Below, in pieces: positions 20,640-29,248 of a stretch of 32,000 nucleotides of DNA. Source of the stretch: Akkermansia muciniphila. Its GTDB lineage: Bacteria; Pseudomonadota; Gammaproteobacteria; Burkholderiales; Burkholderiaceae_C. A program made the translations under genes and the position numbers. Position 1 is the first letter of the stretch. Each line of letters begins with the position of its first letter. Location: NCBI GenBank assembly GCA_943331105.2, contig CALQKH020000010.1, positions 130,298 through 162,297 of the forward strand, written 5' to 3'. A model generated the notes under the pieces. It did no database searches. It was not told the origin of the DNA and worked only from the letters and a program-made list of their open reading frames with translations.

Positions 20640-21499
20640 ATAATGTGCGTGAAATAAGTTTGCTTTCTTTGACGCTGGACGAGCAAGAGAAACCCGATGC
20701 TTTGGCGGGTTGATAGTGATCTGTTGAAAAACAAGAGGTTGCGTTGCCGTCCAAGTAGTTTGCGTATTCTGTTTGGTCTCGTGTATTTACACAGATGCGT
20801 GGGCAACGGGCAATGAAGTGGGCAAGAACGCTTAAAACGCCCTACAAGCGTGTGCGTGCCAGCGTCATAGTCGTAGCGGACTAGCCGCTCAAAATCACCG
20901 CGTGTAGGGCTGATTTGATGTGTTGCTGTGCGTTGCTGCCCAAATCCCATTTGCTGCTACAGAAAAATTGCTGCGTAATTTCTGCGTGATGCTGAGATCT
21001 CGCCACCTGGTGATTTGCTCTAACTGTGGTGTTGAACAAGAGTGCGGTCATACAAAAGTTTGACCGATGTATTTCTATACACCTGACGCACTCGAAAGAT
21101 GTAGGAAGATGATTTAGAGCGAACGCTGTTCGCTTGCGTATCGCTTGCCGCTCACGCAATCCGCTTCGCTTTCTGTATTTGAGATGACTGGTTTGGGAAA
21201 GTTTTGAGCAAACGACGGCTATGTCATCGCGTAGATGAACAGAAGCCGCCGTGTCGTTCTGGTCAGTGCAAAGCCCATCGCAGGACGAGATTGGAAGAGT
21301 TTGACGCGAGACGAATGTATTAAAACTCGCAATCTGCTTCTGCATTGATTTGCATTGCAGCAACTCTGCGGCTCACTCAATGCAACAAGCCTCCAATCCA
21401 ACCTGTTGCGAGTGCAGGGGCATTAGCCGTCATATTCCACCCTGCGTTTGTTCCCTTTGTTTGAGCAGTGGAGTATCTGCTGTAGTAGTGCCTGAATGT

Positions 21500-21922
21500 T
21501 TAGTGTTGTGCCAGTGCCAAATGTCGGTGCTGTTTGAATAGTTGTCTGTTGATTTTGCTGCTGATGTTGAGAACGGGATTGGCAGATGCAGGCTTGAGAC
21601 GGCAGCGTGTTCGCTTGTTGCTCATCGCCTGCTGAAACTGTTCCAGTGTCGTGCGTTGTGATTGATTCAGTAGGTTGCTGTGATGTTTGAGAAGAGCGTG
21701 TGCCTGTTGTTGTGCCTGTAGTAATCGAATGTGAGTAGTGCCAAATGTTTGAGCGTTAAAACCAGCGTCTGCCAGCCACTCGTTGGCTTTGATGGTGTCT
21801 GCTGTTTCGTATTTGCGGATTTGGTGTTGTAGTTCGTGTTTCTGCATACAAGTATTTAGCAACGACCAAACAATGCCTGTGTAAAAGTGAATGATTGTTT
21901 GGTGTGTGTGGCACTTTGACAC
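21500..21922 (-). CDS. Questionable hypothetical ORF (GTG 21922 or ATG 21847 start)
   Basis: Open frame with a Gln/His-rich sequence that looks helical. Neither candidate start has a convincing RBS. Confidence 0.3.
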   Translation of the reverse strand: MSKCHTHQTIIHFYTGIVWSLLNTCMQKHELQHQIRKYETADTIKANEWLADAGFNAQTFGTTHIRLLQAQQQAHALLKHHSNLLNQSQRTTLEQFQQAMSNKRTRCRLKPASANPVLNISSKINRQLFKQHRHLALAQH

Positions 21923-22001
21923 TGGACGGCATAAAGAGGTTGTCCAGATGTTGGTGATGAAAATAAAGTTAGTTCATTGCTACACACAAAGGAATAACGC
22001 A

Positions 22002-22442
22002 ATGACAGCACTGACAGGTTTGAAATTGACAGCAGCACAGAAGCCTACGCAGATGTCGCCAATCCAACAACGCCGCAACAAGTTGGCAAAACGCTTGTGG
22101 GAGCAGATGGAACTGGCAAAGGCAGAGCAATCGGGCACGACATTCGCTCCCAAACGCTTTCGCTCTGTCGTTCAAAACGACACGGGACAACGCATCCAAG
22201 TTGAGCAAGCCAAACGCATCAAGCAATGGTGGTTTGTTGCGGACAACGGCAAGTTGGTATTGAGCGTGAGATACGGCACCAAGTTGCTGGAACTGGCAAA
22301 GGGCAAGTGGGCAGTGGAAGTGGGCACTGAGAAAGAATTGGTGCCTACGCTGGAACTGCTGAAGAGTGCTGTGCTAGCTGGTGAGTTGGACACGCAGATT
22401 GAAGCGGCAGCCAACAAACTGCGTGAGGGTTTTGGCGGGTAA
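22002..22442 (+). CDS. Hypothetical protein, 146 aa (island-associated family, unnamed)
   Basis: RBS aaagga 8 nt before ATG 22002; the upstream part of the longer ORF looks non-coding. The sequence RRNKLAKRLWEQMELAKAE...KRIKQWWFVADNGKLVLSVRYG...GELD resembles proteins I recall from other proteobacterial islands. This has not been verified. Confidence 0.65.
   Translation: MTALTGLKLTAAQKPTQMSPIQQRRNKLAKRLWEQMELAKAEQSGTTFAPKRFRSVVQNDTGQRIQVEQAKRIKQWWFVADNGKLVLSVRYGTKLLELAKGKWAVEVGTEKELVPTLELLKSAVLAGELDTQIEAAANKLREGFGG
22166..22182. repeat. Island palindrome copy 7: tgtcgtt-caa-aacgaca (inside the 146-aa CDS, read as VVQND)
   Basis: Exact 7-3-7 palindrome read directly from the sequence. Confidence 0.9.
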
Positions 22443-22549
22443 GGATTGAGGTAGAGGGTATGGTTTTTTGAAAAGCACGGTTTTTGCCACGCTGCGTAGG
22501 TAGGGTGAAAAACCGTGCGTTTCTCAAAACAGGGGTGAGTAAATACTTG

Positions 22550-22738
22550 ATGCGTATTGACGAAATCATCCGAAAACCCATTAAGCCCAAGCCACCGATG
22601 AACCCCGCCCAAGCCCGCATCCACAGCCTCAAGCAAGGCGTAGAGCGTAGCAAGGAACAACTACGAACAGAACGCGAGCGACAACGACAGCAGCGTGAGG
22701 CAGAACGCAAACGCAAGCAGATGCAGCAACGCTTCTAA
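22550..22738 (+). CDS. Small basic Arg/Gln/Glu-rich protein, 62 aa, hypothetical
   Basis: ATG 22550 begins MRIDEIIRKPIKPKPPMNPAQARIHSLKQGVERSKEQLRTERERQRQQREAERKRKQMQQRF. The charged heptad-like tail suggests a coiled coil. The RBS is weak. Confidence 0.4.
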   Translation: MRIDEIIRKPIKPKPPMNPAQARIHSLKQGVERSKEQLRTERERQRQQREAERKRKQMQQRF

Positions 22739-22988
22739 CGCTGCGTGGTGCTGTGCTTGGCAGCGTAGTGCAACGCTGAAATGTTGCAAAACTGCGTGAA
22801 AAAGCTGGTTATGACGGCGAAATGTAGTGATTAAAAAAATCACGGCGACACGGATGAGAGGTATAGTAAAAATGGTGCGAGATACATTGACAGCAGCGTT
22901 TTACGAAACGCAGCAAAAACACGCACACCCCACTTTTAGAACGCTGCAGATGCTTGAGCAAGCACGGTTAGCAGTTTGGAGAGGTGCG

Positions 22989-23079
<91 letters not shown>

Positions 23080-23089
23080 TTTTGCGCCC

Positions 23090-24013
23090 TCACGCGTCCT
23101 GCAGCATCCCGCCTTGCATTTGCACAGCCCCGCTGCGTTCCAACTCGGCCAGCATCATGTCCAGCCAAGTCTCCAAAGTCAGGCCTTGGGCAAAGCGCTG
23201 GTGCAGGCTGTGCAGATAGGGCACGCGGGTGGCCCAGTCGCTGAACTCGGCTTTGGAGATCTGGCCCCATTCCAGCAGTTTGAACTTGAGCAGCACTTTG
23301 GCGCCATAGCGGGCGTGCCGCTCGGGGTTTTGGGCAAAGCCGTTGAGCTTGCTGCGGGCCAAGGCCAAGGCAGGGGCCAGTTCTGTGAACACCGCGCCGT
23401 GGCCAGGAATGATGGTGGCTGGATTCAGGTGCTCAATCAGGTCCAGCGTTTGCGCCACTTCGTCGAAGGCGTCCACGCCTTCGAGCTCCGGAAACACCAC
23501 GCCAAAGCCGTTTTGCCAAAGAGCGTCAGCCGACATCAACAAGCGGTGCTCGGGGGCAAACAAGATGACCGAGTGCGGGTCGTGTCCGGGTGCGGCGTGC
23601 ACTTGCCAGTCCATGTCTCCCCAGCGGTGGGTGCTGCCCGGTTGCAGCAAGCCATTGAAGCGAAATGCAGGGCAGTTTTGCCCCGTGGGTTTGTAGCTGA
23701 GTGCGTCTTCAGTCCAATGCTGTATCGCCTGGGCCAGCCCGGGTGGGATCCAGGTGTGCAGCTCGGGGTAATGCGTTTGCAGCGCATGGTTGCCGCCGCA
23801 GTGGTCGCTGTGCAGGTGGGTGTTGACCAACAGATCAAGCGACCGACCTTGTAAGGCATGTTGCACCAGCGCCAGTGTCTGCGCTTGGTGTTTCACATAA
23901 CCACTGTCGACCAAAGTGGCGCCTTCGGCGCCTTGCAGCACGACGTTGTTGGCCGACAGCCAGCCGCGTTCGAGCACGGTCACGCCCGAAGGCAGGAAGC
24001 TGACGCGGGTCAT
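23090..24013 (-). CDS. MBL-fold metallo-hydrolase
   Basis: H-x-H-x-D-H motif in VNTHLHSDHCGG, with downstream His/Asp residues (PGHD, PGHG). GC is at core level. Confidence 0.85.
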   Translation of the reverse strand: MTRVSFLPSGVTVLERGWLSANNVVLQGAEGATLVDSGYVKHQAQTLALVQHALQGRSLDLLVNTHLHSDHCGGNHALQTHYPELHTWIPPGLAQAIQHWTEDALSYKPTGQNCPAFRFNGLLQPGSTHRWGDMDWQVHAAPGHDPHSVILFAPEHRLLMSADALWQNGFGVVFPELEGVDAFDEVAQTLDLIEHLNPATIIPGHGAVFTELAPALALARSKLNGFAQNPERHARYGAKVLLKFKLLEWGQISKAEFSDWATRVPYLHSLHQRFAQGLTLETWLDMMLAELERSGAVQMQGGMLQDA

Positions 24014-24016
24014 GCT

Positions 24017-25702
24017 TTATTTGCTGGTGCGCAGTTCGCGGCGCAAGATTTTGCCGACGTTGGACTTGGGTAGTTCGTCGCGGAACTCGATGTATTTTGG
24101 GCGCTTGTAGCCGGTCAGATTCTCGTGACAGAAACGGGCCACGGCTTCTTCGGTCAGCATGGCGTCGTTGCGCACCACAAACACTTTGATGGTTTCGCCC
24201 TGCATGGTGTCGGGGATGCCCACAGCGGCGCATTCGACCACACCGGGGCAGGTCGAGATGAGGTTTTCCAGCTCGCTGGGGAAGACGTTGAAGCCGCTGA
24301 CAATGATCATGTCCTTTTTGCGGTCCACGATGCGGGTATAACCTTGCTCGTCCATGATGCCGATGTCACCGGTGCGCATGAAGCCGTCTGCGGTGAAGGT
24401 CTTGGCGTTTTCAGCGGGCTGGTTGTAATAGCCGGTCATGACGTTGGGGCCGCGGATGCAGATTTCACCCGAGCTGCCTACGGGCAAACTTTGACCATCG
24501 TCGTCCTTGATGGCGATGTCGATGCCCGGCAGGGGCAGGCCAATGTTGCCACTGAAGGTTTTTTGCGTGACCGGGTTGTTGGTGCCGATCGCACAAGTCT
24601 CGCTCATGCCCCAGCCCTCGATCATGGCGCTGCCCGTGGCGTTTTGCCAGTTGCGGGCGGTGCCCTCCGAGGCGGCCATGCCGCCTGCCTGCGTGAGCTT
24701 GAGCGAAGAAAAGTCAATCGACTTGAACATCGGGTGCTGCATCAGCGCGTTGAACAGGGTATTGACCCCGGGCAGCAGATGGAAGGGTCGCTGCTTGAGC
24801 ACCTCGATGAACTTGGCAAAGTCACGCGGATTGGGCACCAGGGTGAGGAAAGAGCCTTGGCGGATGGCCAGCAGGCACAGCGTCAGGGCAAAGATGTGGT
24901 ACAGCGGCAAAGCCGCGATGTTGTTCACTTTGCGCAGGTCTGGCACATCGGCCAAAGCGGGTGAAAACCAGCCTTCGGCTTGCAGCATGGCCGCCACAAT
25001 GTTGCGGTGGGTGAGCACAGCACCTTTGGACAAACCGGTCGTGCCCCCCGTGTATTGCAAAAACGCGATGTCGTCCATGGTTTGCGCAGTGGGGCGCAGA
25101 TTCAGGCTGCGGCCTTGGCCGATGGCTTTTTTGAAGGGGGTGACGGTACGACCGTTGGTCAAGGGCAGCTCAAAAGGCGGCACCATTTTGGCCAAGTGGC
25201 GCACGGCAAACGTCAGCCAGCGGCCATTGATGGGCCCCAGCAAATCGCCAATGGAAGCCAGCACGATGTGTTTGACGGAGGTGCGTTCAATCACTTCTTG
25301 CAAGGTGGCGGCAAAGTTTTCCAGTATCACGATGGCGCTGGTGCCGGAGTCCTTGAGTTGGTGTTCGAGTTCCCGTGGCGTGTAAAGCGGGTTGACGTTC
25401 ACGCAGGTGTAGCCCGCCCGCAAAATTGCGGCCATGGTGACAGCAAATTGCGGCAAGTTAGGCAGCATGATGGCCACGCGACTGCCGGGCTCAAGTCCTT
25501 TGTTTTGCAACCAAGCCCCCAGCGCGGTCGACAACTCGTCGAGCTGTTTGTAGCTCATCCAGCGGTTCATGCACACCGAGAAAGGGTTGTCGCCGTGTTC
25601 GCGAAAGGCCCTTTCAATTAAATCGGTCAGGCTTTTGTATTGTTCTGTGTCGATGTCGTGGGGCACACCGGCTGGGTAATTCTTTAGCCAAAAACGATCC
25701 AT
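24017..25702 (-). CDS. fadD: Long-chain-fatty-acid--CoA ligase (AMP-binding family)
   Basis: 561 aa. AMP-binding signature LQYTGGTTGLSKGAVLTH. Also GWGMSET, TGDIG and the C-terminal LPKSNVGKILRREL. Confidence 0.88.
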   Translation of the reverse strand: MDRFWLKNYPAGVPHDIDTEQYKSLTDLIERAFREHGDNPFSVCMNRWMSYKQLDELSTALGAWLQNKGLEPGSRVAIMLPNLPQFAVTMAAILRAGYTCVNVNPLYTPRELEHQLKDSGTSAIVILENFAATLQEVIERTSVKHIVLASIGDLLGPINGRWLTFAVRHLAKMVPPFELPLTNGRTVTPFKKAIGQGRSLNLRPTAQTMDDIAFLQYTGGTTGLSKGAVLTHRNIVAAMLQAEGWFSPALADVPDLRKVNNIAALPLYHIFALTLCLLAIRQGSFLTLVPNPRDFAKFIEVLKQRPFHLLPGVNTLFNALMQHPMFKSIDFSSLKLTQAGGMAASEGTARNWQNATGSAMIEGWGMSETCAIGTNNPVTQKTFSGNIGLPLPGIDIAIKDDDGQSLPVGSSGEICIRGPNVMTGYYNQPAENAKTFTADGFMRTGDIGIMDEQGYTRIVDRKKDMIIVSGFNVFPSELENLISTCPGVVECAAVGIPDTMQGETIKVFVVRNDAMLTEEAVARFCHENLTGYKRPKYIEFRDELPKSNVGKILRRELRTSK

Positions 25703-25862
25703 TTACTTCTCTCCTGATGGTGGGCCATTGTGACCAGCTTGAAGGCTGTTCGGTATCGGGCAATTCCCCAGTGTCAGTGGTGCAGGTCTCAGATGCGACA
25801 AAACCCGAAACAGACGTGGCCGTCGCAATGGATGCAAAATAAGTAGTAACCCTAGGACTCGC

Positions 25863-26612
25863 ATGAATACCCCTCGAAGTTCCCGTTCTTTTGGTTGGAG
25901 TCGATGGCTCAGCACCCAGTGGCAGCGATGGTTCGGGTCTTTTGTGTCGGCCAACCCTGCAACCCCAAAGCCACGTAAAGCCTTGCCTTGGGTGCCCATC
26001 CGCTCTTTGTCGCCCCGGCACAAGCCGCGCATTGCAAGGCATTTGTTGGCTTTGCCAGCGCAAGACCGCTACCTGCGGTTTGGATATGCCGCGACCGACG
26101 AGCAAATTGGCCGCTATGTGGCGGGATTGAACTTTGTCCGGGATGAAATATTTGGCGTGTTCAACCGGCGTCTGGATTTGGTGGCCATGGCGCATTTGGC
26201 CTATTCGATCGACCCGCAATGGGCCACTTGTGCCGAGTTTGGGGTGTCGGTGTCACCGCACCAACGCGGCAAAGGCTTGGGCGCCAAGCTGTTTGGTCAT
26301 GCGGTGATGCATGCACGCAATCAAGGTGTGAGCTTGTTGTTTATTCACGCCCTGAGCGAGAACGTGGCCATGCTCAAGATCGCTCGCCAAGCCGGCGCGT
26401 CGGTGCAGCGTGATGGCAGCGAAACTGAGGCTTATTTGGCTTTGCCCCAAGCCACTTTGGACAGCCAAATCAACGGTTTGGTGCAAGAGCAGATGGCCGA
26501 AGTCGATTACCAGCTCAAAATGCAAGCGAACCAGTTTCGCGAGTGGTTGCGCACGGTGCAAGAGATTCGCCAAGGGGTGCGCGATGCGCGGGATGCGGCG
26601 CGCGGGCCCTGA
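25863..26612 (+). CDS. GNAT-family N-acetyltransferase (start uncertain)
   Basis: Acetyl-CoA motif A, QRGKGLGAKLF, followed by a typical beta-strand/helix region, LFIHALSENVAMLKIARQAG. Confidence 0.7.
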   Translation: MNTPRSSRSFGWSRWLSTQWQRWFGSFVSANPATPKPRKALPWVPIRSLSPRHKPRIARHLLALPAQDRYLRFGYAATDEQIGRYVAGLNFVRDEIFGVFNRRLDLVAMAHLAYSIDPQWATCAEFGVSVSPHQRGKGLGAKLFGHAVMHARNQGVSLLFIHALSENVAMLKIARQAGASVQRDGSETEAYLALPQATLDSQINGLVQEQMAEVDYQLKMQANQFREWLRTVQEIRQGVRDARDAARGP

Positions 26613-26682
26613 CGCCCAGGTGTCATCCGATTCCGCTATCCTTGCAGCTTCGCCTCAACTGCATGTCCTGCAAACCTAGACC

Positions 26683-27591
26683 GTGTCTGACCCTCACCCC
26701 GCGCGCACAGCCGAGCGCGAAGACAAACGGAGTTTTCTGCAAAAACTGGCAGAGTTCATTCACCCCGGCCCCGACTCTGCGGCCGAATTAATCGAGACCT
26801 TGGCCGAGGCCGAGGACAACCAGATCATCAATGCCGAGAGCCGCTTGATGATCGAAGGGGTGATCCGCATGGCCGATATGACCGCTGGCGATGTCATGGT
26901 GGCGGCGCCCCGTATGGATCTGTTGAACATTGAAGACCCTGTCGATCAGTTGATGCATCAGGTCATTGACACGGCGCACTCGCGATTTCCGGTGTACGAA
27001 GGCGAACGAGAAAACGTGATTGGCATTTTGCTGGCCAAAGACCTGCTGAAGTTGCAACGTGCCCCAGAGCTGAACATCCGCGCCTTGTTACGTCCTGCGG
27101 TTTTTGTACCCGAGAGCAAGGGCCTGAACGATTTGCTGCGGCAGTTTCGCGATAACCGCAACCACTTGGCCATCGTCATTGACGAGTACGGCCGCACAGC
27201 GGGCCTGATCACCATTGAAGATGTGTTGGAACAAATTGTTGGCGAGATCGAGGACGAGTTCGACATTGCCGACGATGCGGGTGATATTTTTGGTCTGCCC
27301 GACCGCAGCTTCAGGGTCAGCGGTGACACCGCGTTGGAGCGCGTGAGCGAGGCCTTTGGCGTCGATTTGAAGCAAGCGCGTCAGGGTGACGACGACCATG
27401 ATTTCGACACGCTAGGGGGGCTGATTGCCCACGAAATGGGCCATGTGCCACACCGCGGCGAGACCTATGAGTTGGCCGGGCTGCGGTTCGTGGTTTTGCA
27501 CACGCGGGCCGGTGTCGTGCGTTGGTTCAAGGTGTCACCCGTGACGCCTTTGGCACCTGTGTCGATGGTGAAGTCCGGACCGTCTGCATGA
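26683..27591 (+). CDS. corC: CorC/HlyC-family magnesium/cobalt efflux-associated protein (CBS pair plus transporter-associated domain)
   Basis: GTG start. The CBS-pair region is VIRMADMTAGDVMVAAPRM...HSRFPVY...NHLAIVIDEYGRTAGLITIEDVLEQIVGEIEDEFD. It has the conserved position before lnt. Confidence 0.88.
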   Translation: MSDPHPARTAEREDKRSFLQKLAEFIHPGPDSAAELIETLAEAEDNQIINAESRLMIEGVIRMADMTAGDVMVAAPRMDLLNIEDPVDQLMHQVIDTAHSRFPVYEGERENVIGILLAKDLLKLQRAPELNIRALLRPAVFVPESKGLNDLLRQFRDNRNHLAIVIDEYGRTAGLITIEDVLEQIVGEIEDEFDIADDAGDIFGLPDRSFRVSGDTALERVSEAFGVDLKQARQGDDDHDFDTLGGLIAHEMGHVPHRGETYELAGLRFVVLHTRAGVVRWFKVSPVTPLAPVSMVKSGPSA

Positions 27592-29162
27592 ACGCTGCGC
27601 CCATGCGCGGCAAAGCGTGGCCCTTGTTGTGGCCCGCATGGGCTGGTGCAGCTCAGGCAGCGTCTATCGCATGGCCCAGCAGTGGTCAAGCGCTGGGCTG
27701 GTTACAGGTCCTGAGCCTGACTTTGTTGGCAGCGGGTTTGGCTGGCCTGGCACGTCAGTCAGTCGCAGGTCCTTTTCCTGTATCCAAGCCCTTCAAACGC
27801 GCGGCTTGGCTTGGCGGTGTGTTTGCCACTGCATGGCTGGCCGGCAGTTTTTGGTGGTTGTACGTCTCCATGCACCATGTGGGCGGTTTGCCTGCGCCTT
27901 TGGCTGTGCTGGCTGTGCTGGCGCTGGCGTGTGCGTTGGCGCTTTATTACGCTTTTGCAGCGGCTGTCTGGGTGAGTTTGGCACAGGGCTGGGTGACGCA
28001 ACGACCCGGCTTGGCCAGTGCCTTGTTTGCGGCTTTGTGGACTTTGGCCGAGCTGATGCGCGGGCGCTGGTTCACAGGCTTTCCTTGGGGGGCTGGCGGT
28101 TACGCTCATGTAGACGGCGTCTTGGTGGTCTGGGCCCCTTGGCTTGGCGTTTACGGTGTCGGTGCCTTGGCAGCTTGGTTGGCCATGCGCTTGGCGCTGG
28201 CGGGTTGGCGCCTGCGTGCGCTTAAACCTTTGCTGGGGGTCCTGTTGGCGTCTTGGGCTTTGCAGGGATTTGGCCCGACCTTTACCACTTCGGCAGGGCA
28301 GGGCCAGGTGCAGTTGCTGCAGGCCAATATTTCGCAAACCGACAAGTTTCAAGCGGCCAGCGGTGTGCGCGATGCGCTGCAGTGGTACGACGAACAACTG
28401 CGTGCCAGTCGCCAGCCCTTGGTGGTGGCCCCTGAGACAGCCATACCTTTGTTGCCCCAACATTTGCCGGAAGGCTATTGGTCAGGTTTGCAGCAGCACT
28501 TTGCCCAGCCAAACAGGCCTGTGGCTTTGGTGGGTGCGCCTTTGGGCAGTTTGACCGAGGGCTACGCCAATTCGGTGGTGGCATTCGGCCCGGAAGGCTT
28601 GGCGCCTTACCGTTATGACAAGTCGCATTTGGTGCCTTTTGGCGAGTTCATGCCGCCGGGTTTTGTCTGGTTCATTCGCATGATGAACATTCCTTTGGGC
28701 GAGTTCAAATCGGGTGGCTGGCGTCAGCCATCTTTGGCTTGGCAAGGCCAGCGTTTGGCGCCAAACGTTTGTTACGAGGATTTATTTGGTGAAGAATTGG
28801 CCATGCGTTTCACGGATCCGACCACTGCCCCCACCGCCTTGGTGAATGTGAGCAACATCGCTTGGTTTGGCGACACTTTGGCGGTCGATCAGCACCTGAG
28901 CATTTCGCGGCTGCGGGCCATCGAGTTGGGCCGCCCCATGCTGCGGGCCACCAACACTGGCGCCACGGCCATCATCGACCACACAGGAAAGGTCACCGAG
29001 CAATTGCCACGTTTTACCCGTGGCAGCTTGACAGGTACTTTTGAAGGCCGTAACGGGCTGACGCCGTTTGCGCGGTGGGCGGGTGCTTGGGGCTTAGGGC
29101 CACTTTGGGCTGTTTGCCTTGTTTTGGTGGCGTGGGCTGCTTGGAAGCGTCGAAAGTTTTGA
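27588..29162 (+). CDS. lnt: Apolipoprotein N-acyltransferase
   Basis: ATG 27588 overlaps the corC stop (ATGA). Multiple N-terminal TM helices. The CN-hydrolase triad context is APETAIP, YDKSHLVPFGEFMP and NVCYEDLF. Confidence 0.88.
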   Translation: MNAAPMRGKAWPLLWPAWAGAAQAASIAWPSSGQALGWLQVLSLTLLAAGLAGLARQSVAGPFPVSKPFKRAAWLGGVFATAWLAGSFWWLYVSMHHVGGLPAPLAVLAVLALACALALYYAFAAAVWVSLAQGWVTQRPGLASALFAALWTLAELMRGRWFTGFPWGAGGYAHVDGVLVVWAPWLGVYGVGALAAWLAMRLALAGWRLRALKPLLGVLLASWALQGFGPTFTTSAGQGQVQLLQANISQTDKFQAASGVRDALQWYDEQLRASRQPLVVAPETAIPLLPQHLPEGYWSGLQQHFAQPNRPVALVGAPLGSLTEGYANSVVAFGPEGLAPYRYDKSHLVPFGEFMPPGFVWFIRMMNIPLGEFKSGGWRQPSLAWQGQRLAPNVCYEDLFGEELAMRFTDPTTAPTALVNVSNIAWFGDTLAVDQHLSISRLRAIELGRPMLRATNTGATAIIDHTGKVTEQLPRFTRGSLTGTFEGRNGLTPFARWAGAWGLGPLWAVCLVLVAWAAWKRRKF

Positions 29163-29248
29163 GCCCTTAACTTGCCGAAAATCGCCGTCAAGCTCGGGCC
29201 TGCCCCCACTGCCCCGACTGGCTTGACGCCTCGATTGCCATAGCCGTT

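Noticed and set aside
20531-21363. ORFs 20531-20950 (-) and 20881-21363 (-), upstream of the short recombinase
   Set aside because: Their translations are Cys/His/Ser/Thr-rich and look random. They have no RBS and overlap each other and the recombinase start. I report the region as a non-coding finding instead.
20929-22731. 10-bp inverted match gcgttgctgc (20929-20938) / gcagcaacgc (22722-22731), considered as possible inversion boundaries for the short recombinase
   Set aside because: Ten-bp inverted matches are expected by chance several times within a 2 kb span, and the second copy lies inside a plausible coding sequence.
13046-22988. Apparent enrichment of the hexamer CTGCGT on the island plus strand (for example 14055, 19786, 20971, 20982, 22400, 22488, 22741, 22792)
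   Set aside because: A 6-mer is expected a few times per 10 kb anyway, and the copies share no extended consensus or regular spacing. The exception is the 11-bp-spaced pair at 20971-20990, which is noted under the non-coding region finding.
24125-25621. Plus-strand ORFs of 213-292 aa inside fadD (24125-24964, 24507-25385, 24980-25621), and 25614-26219 (-) overlapping the GNAT gene
   Set aside because: They are antisense shadows of genes with clear family motifs.
27617-29209. ORFs overlapping lnt on both strands (27617-28225 +, 27759-28463 -, 28144-28554 + and others)
   Set aside because: lnt is supported by its TM topology and the CN-hydrolase triad context. The alternative ORFs are Arg/Gly/Cys/Pro-rich artefacts of GC-rich sequence.
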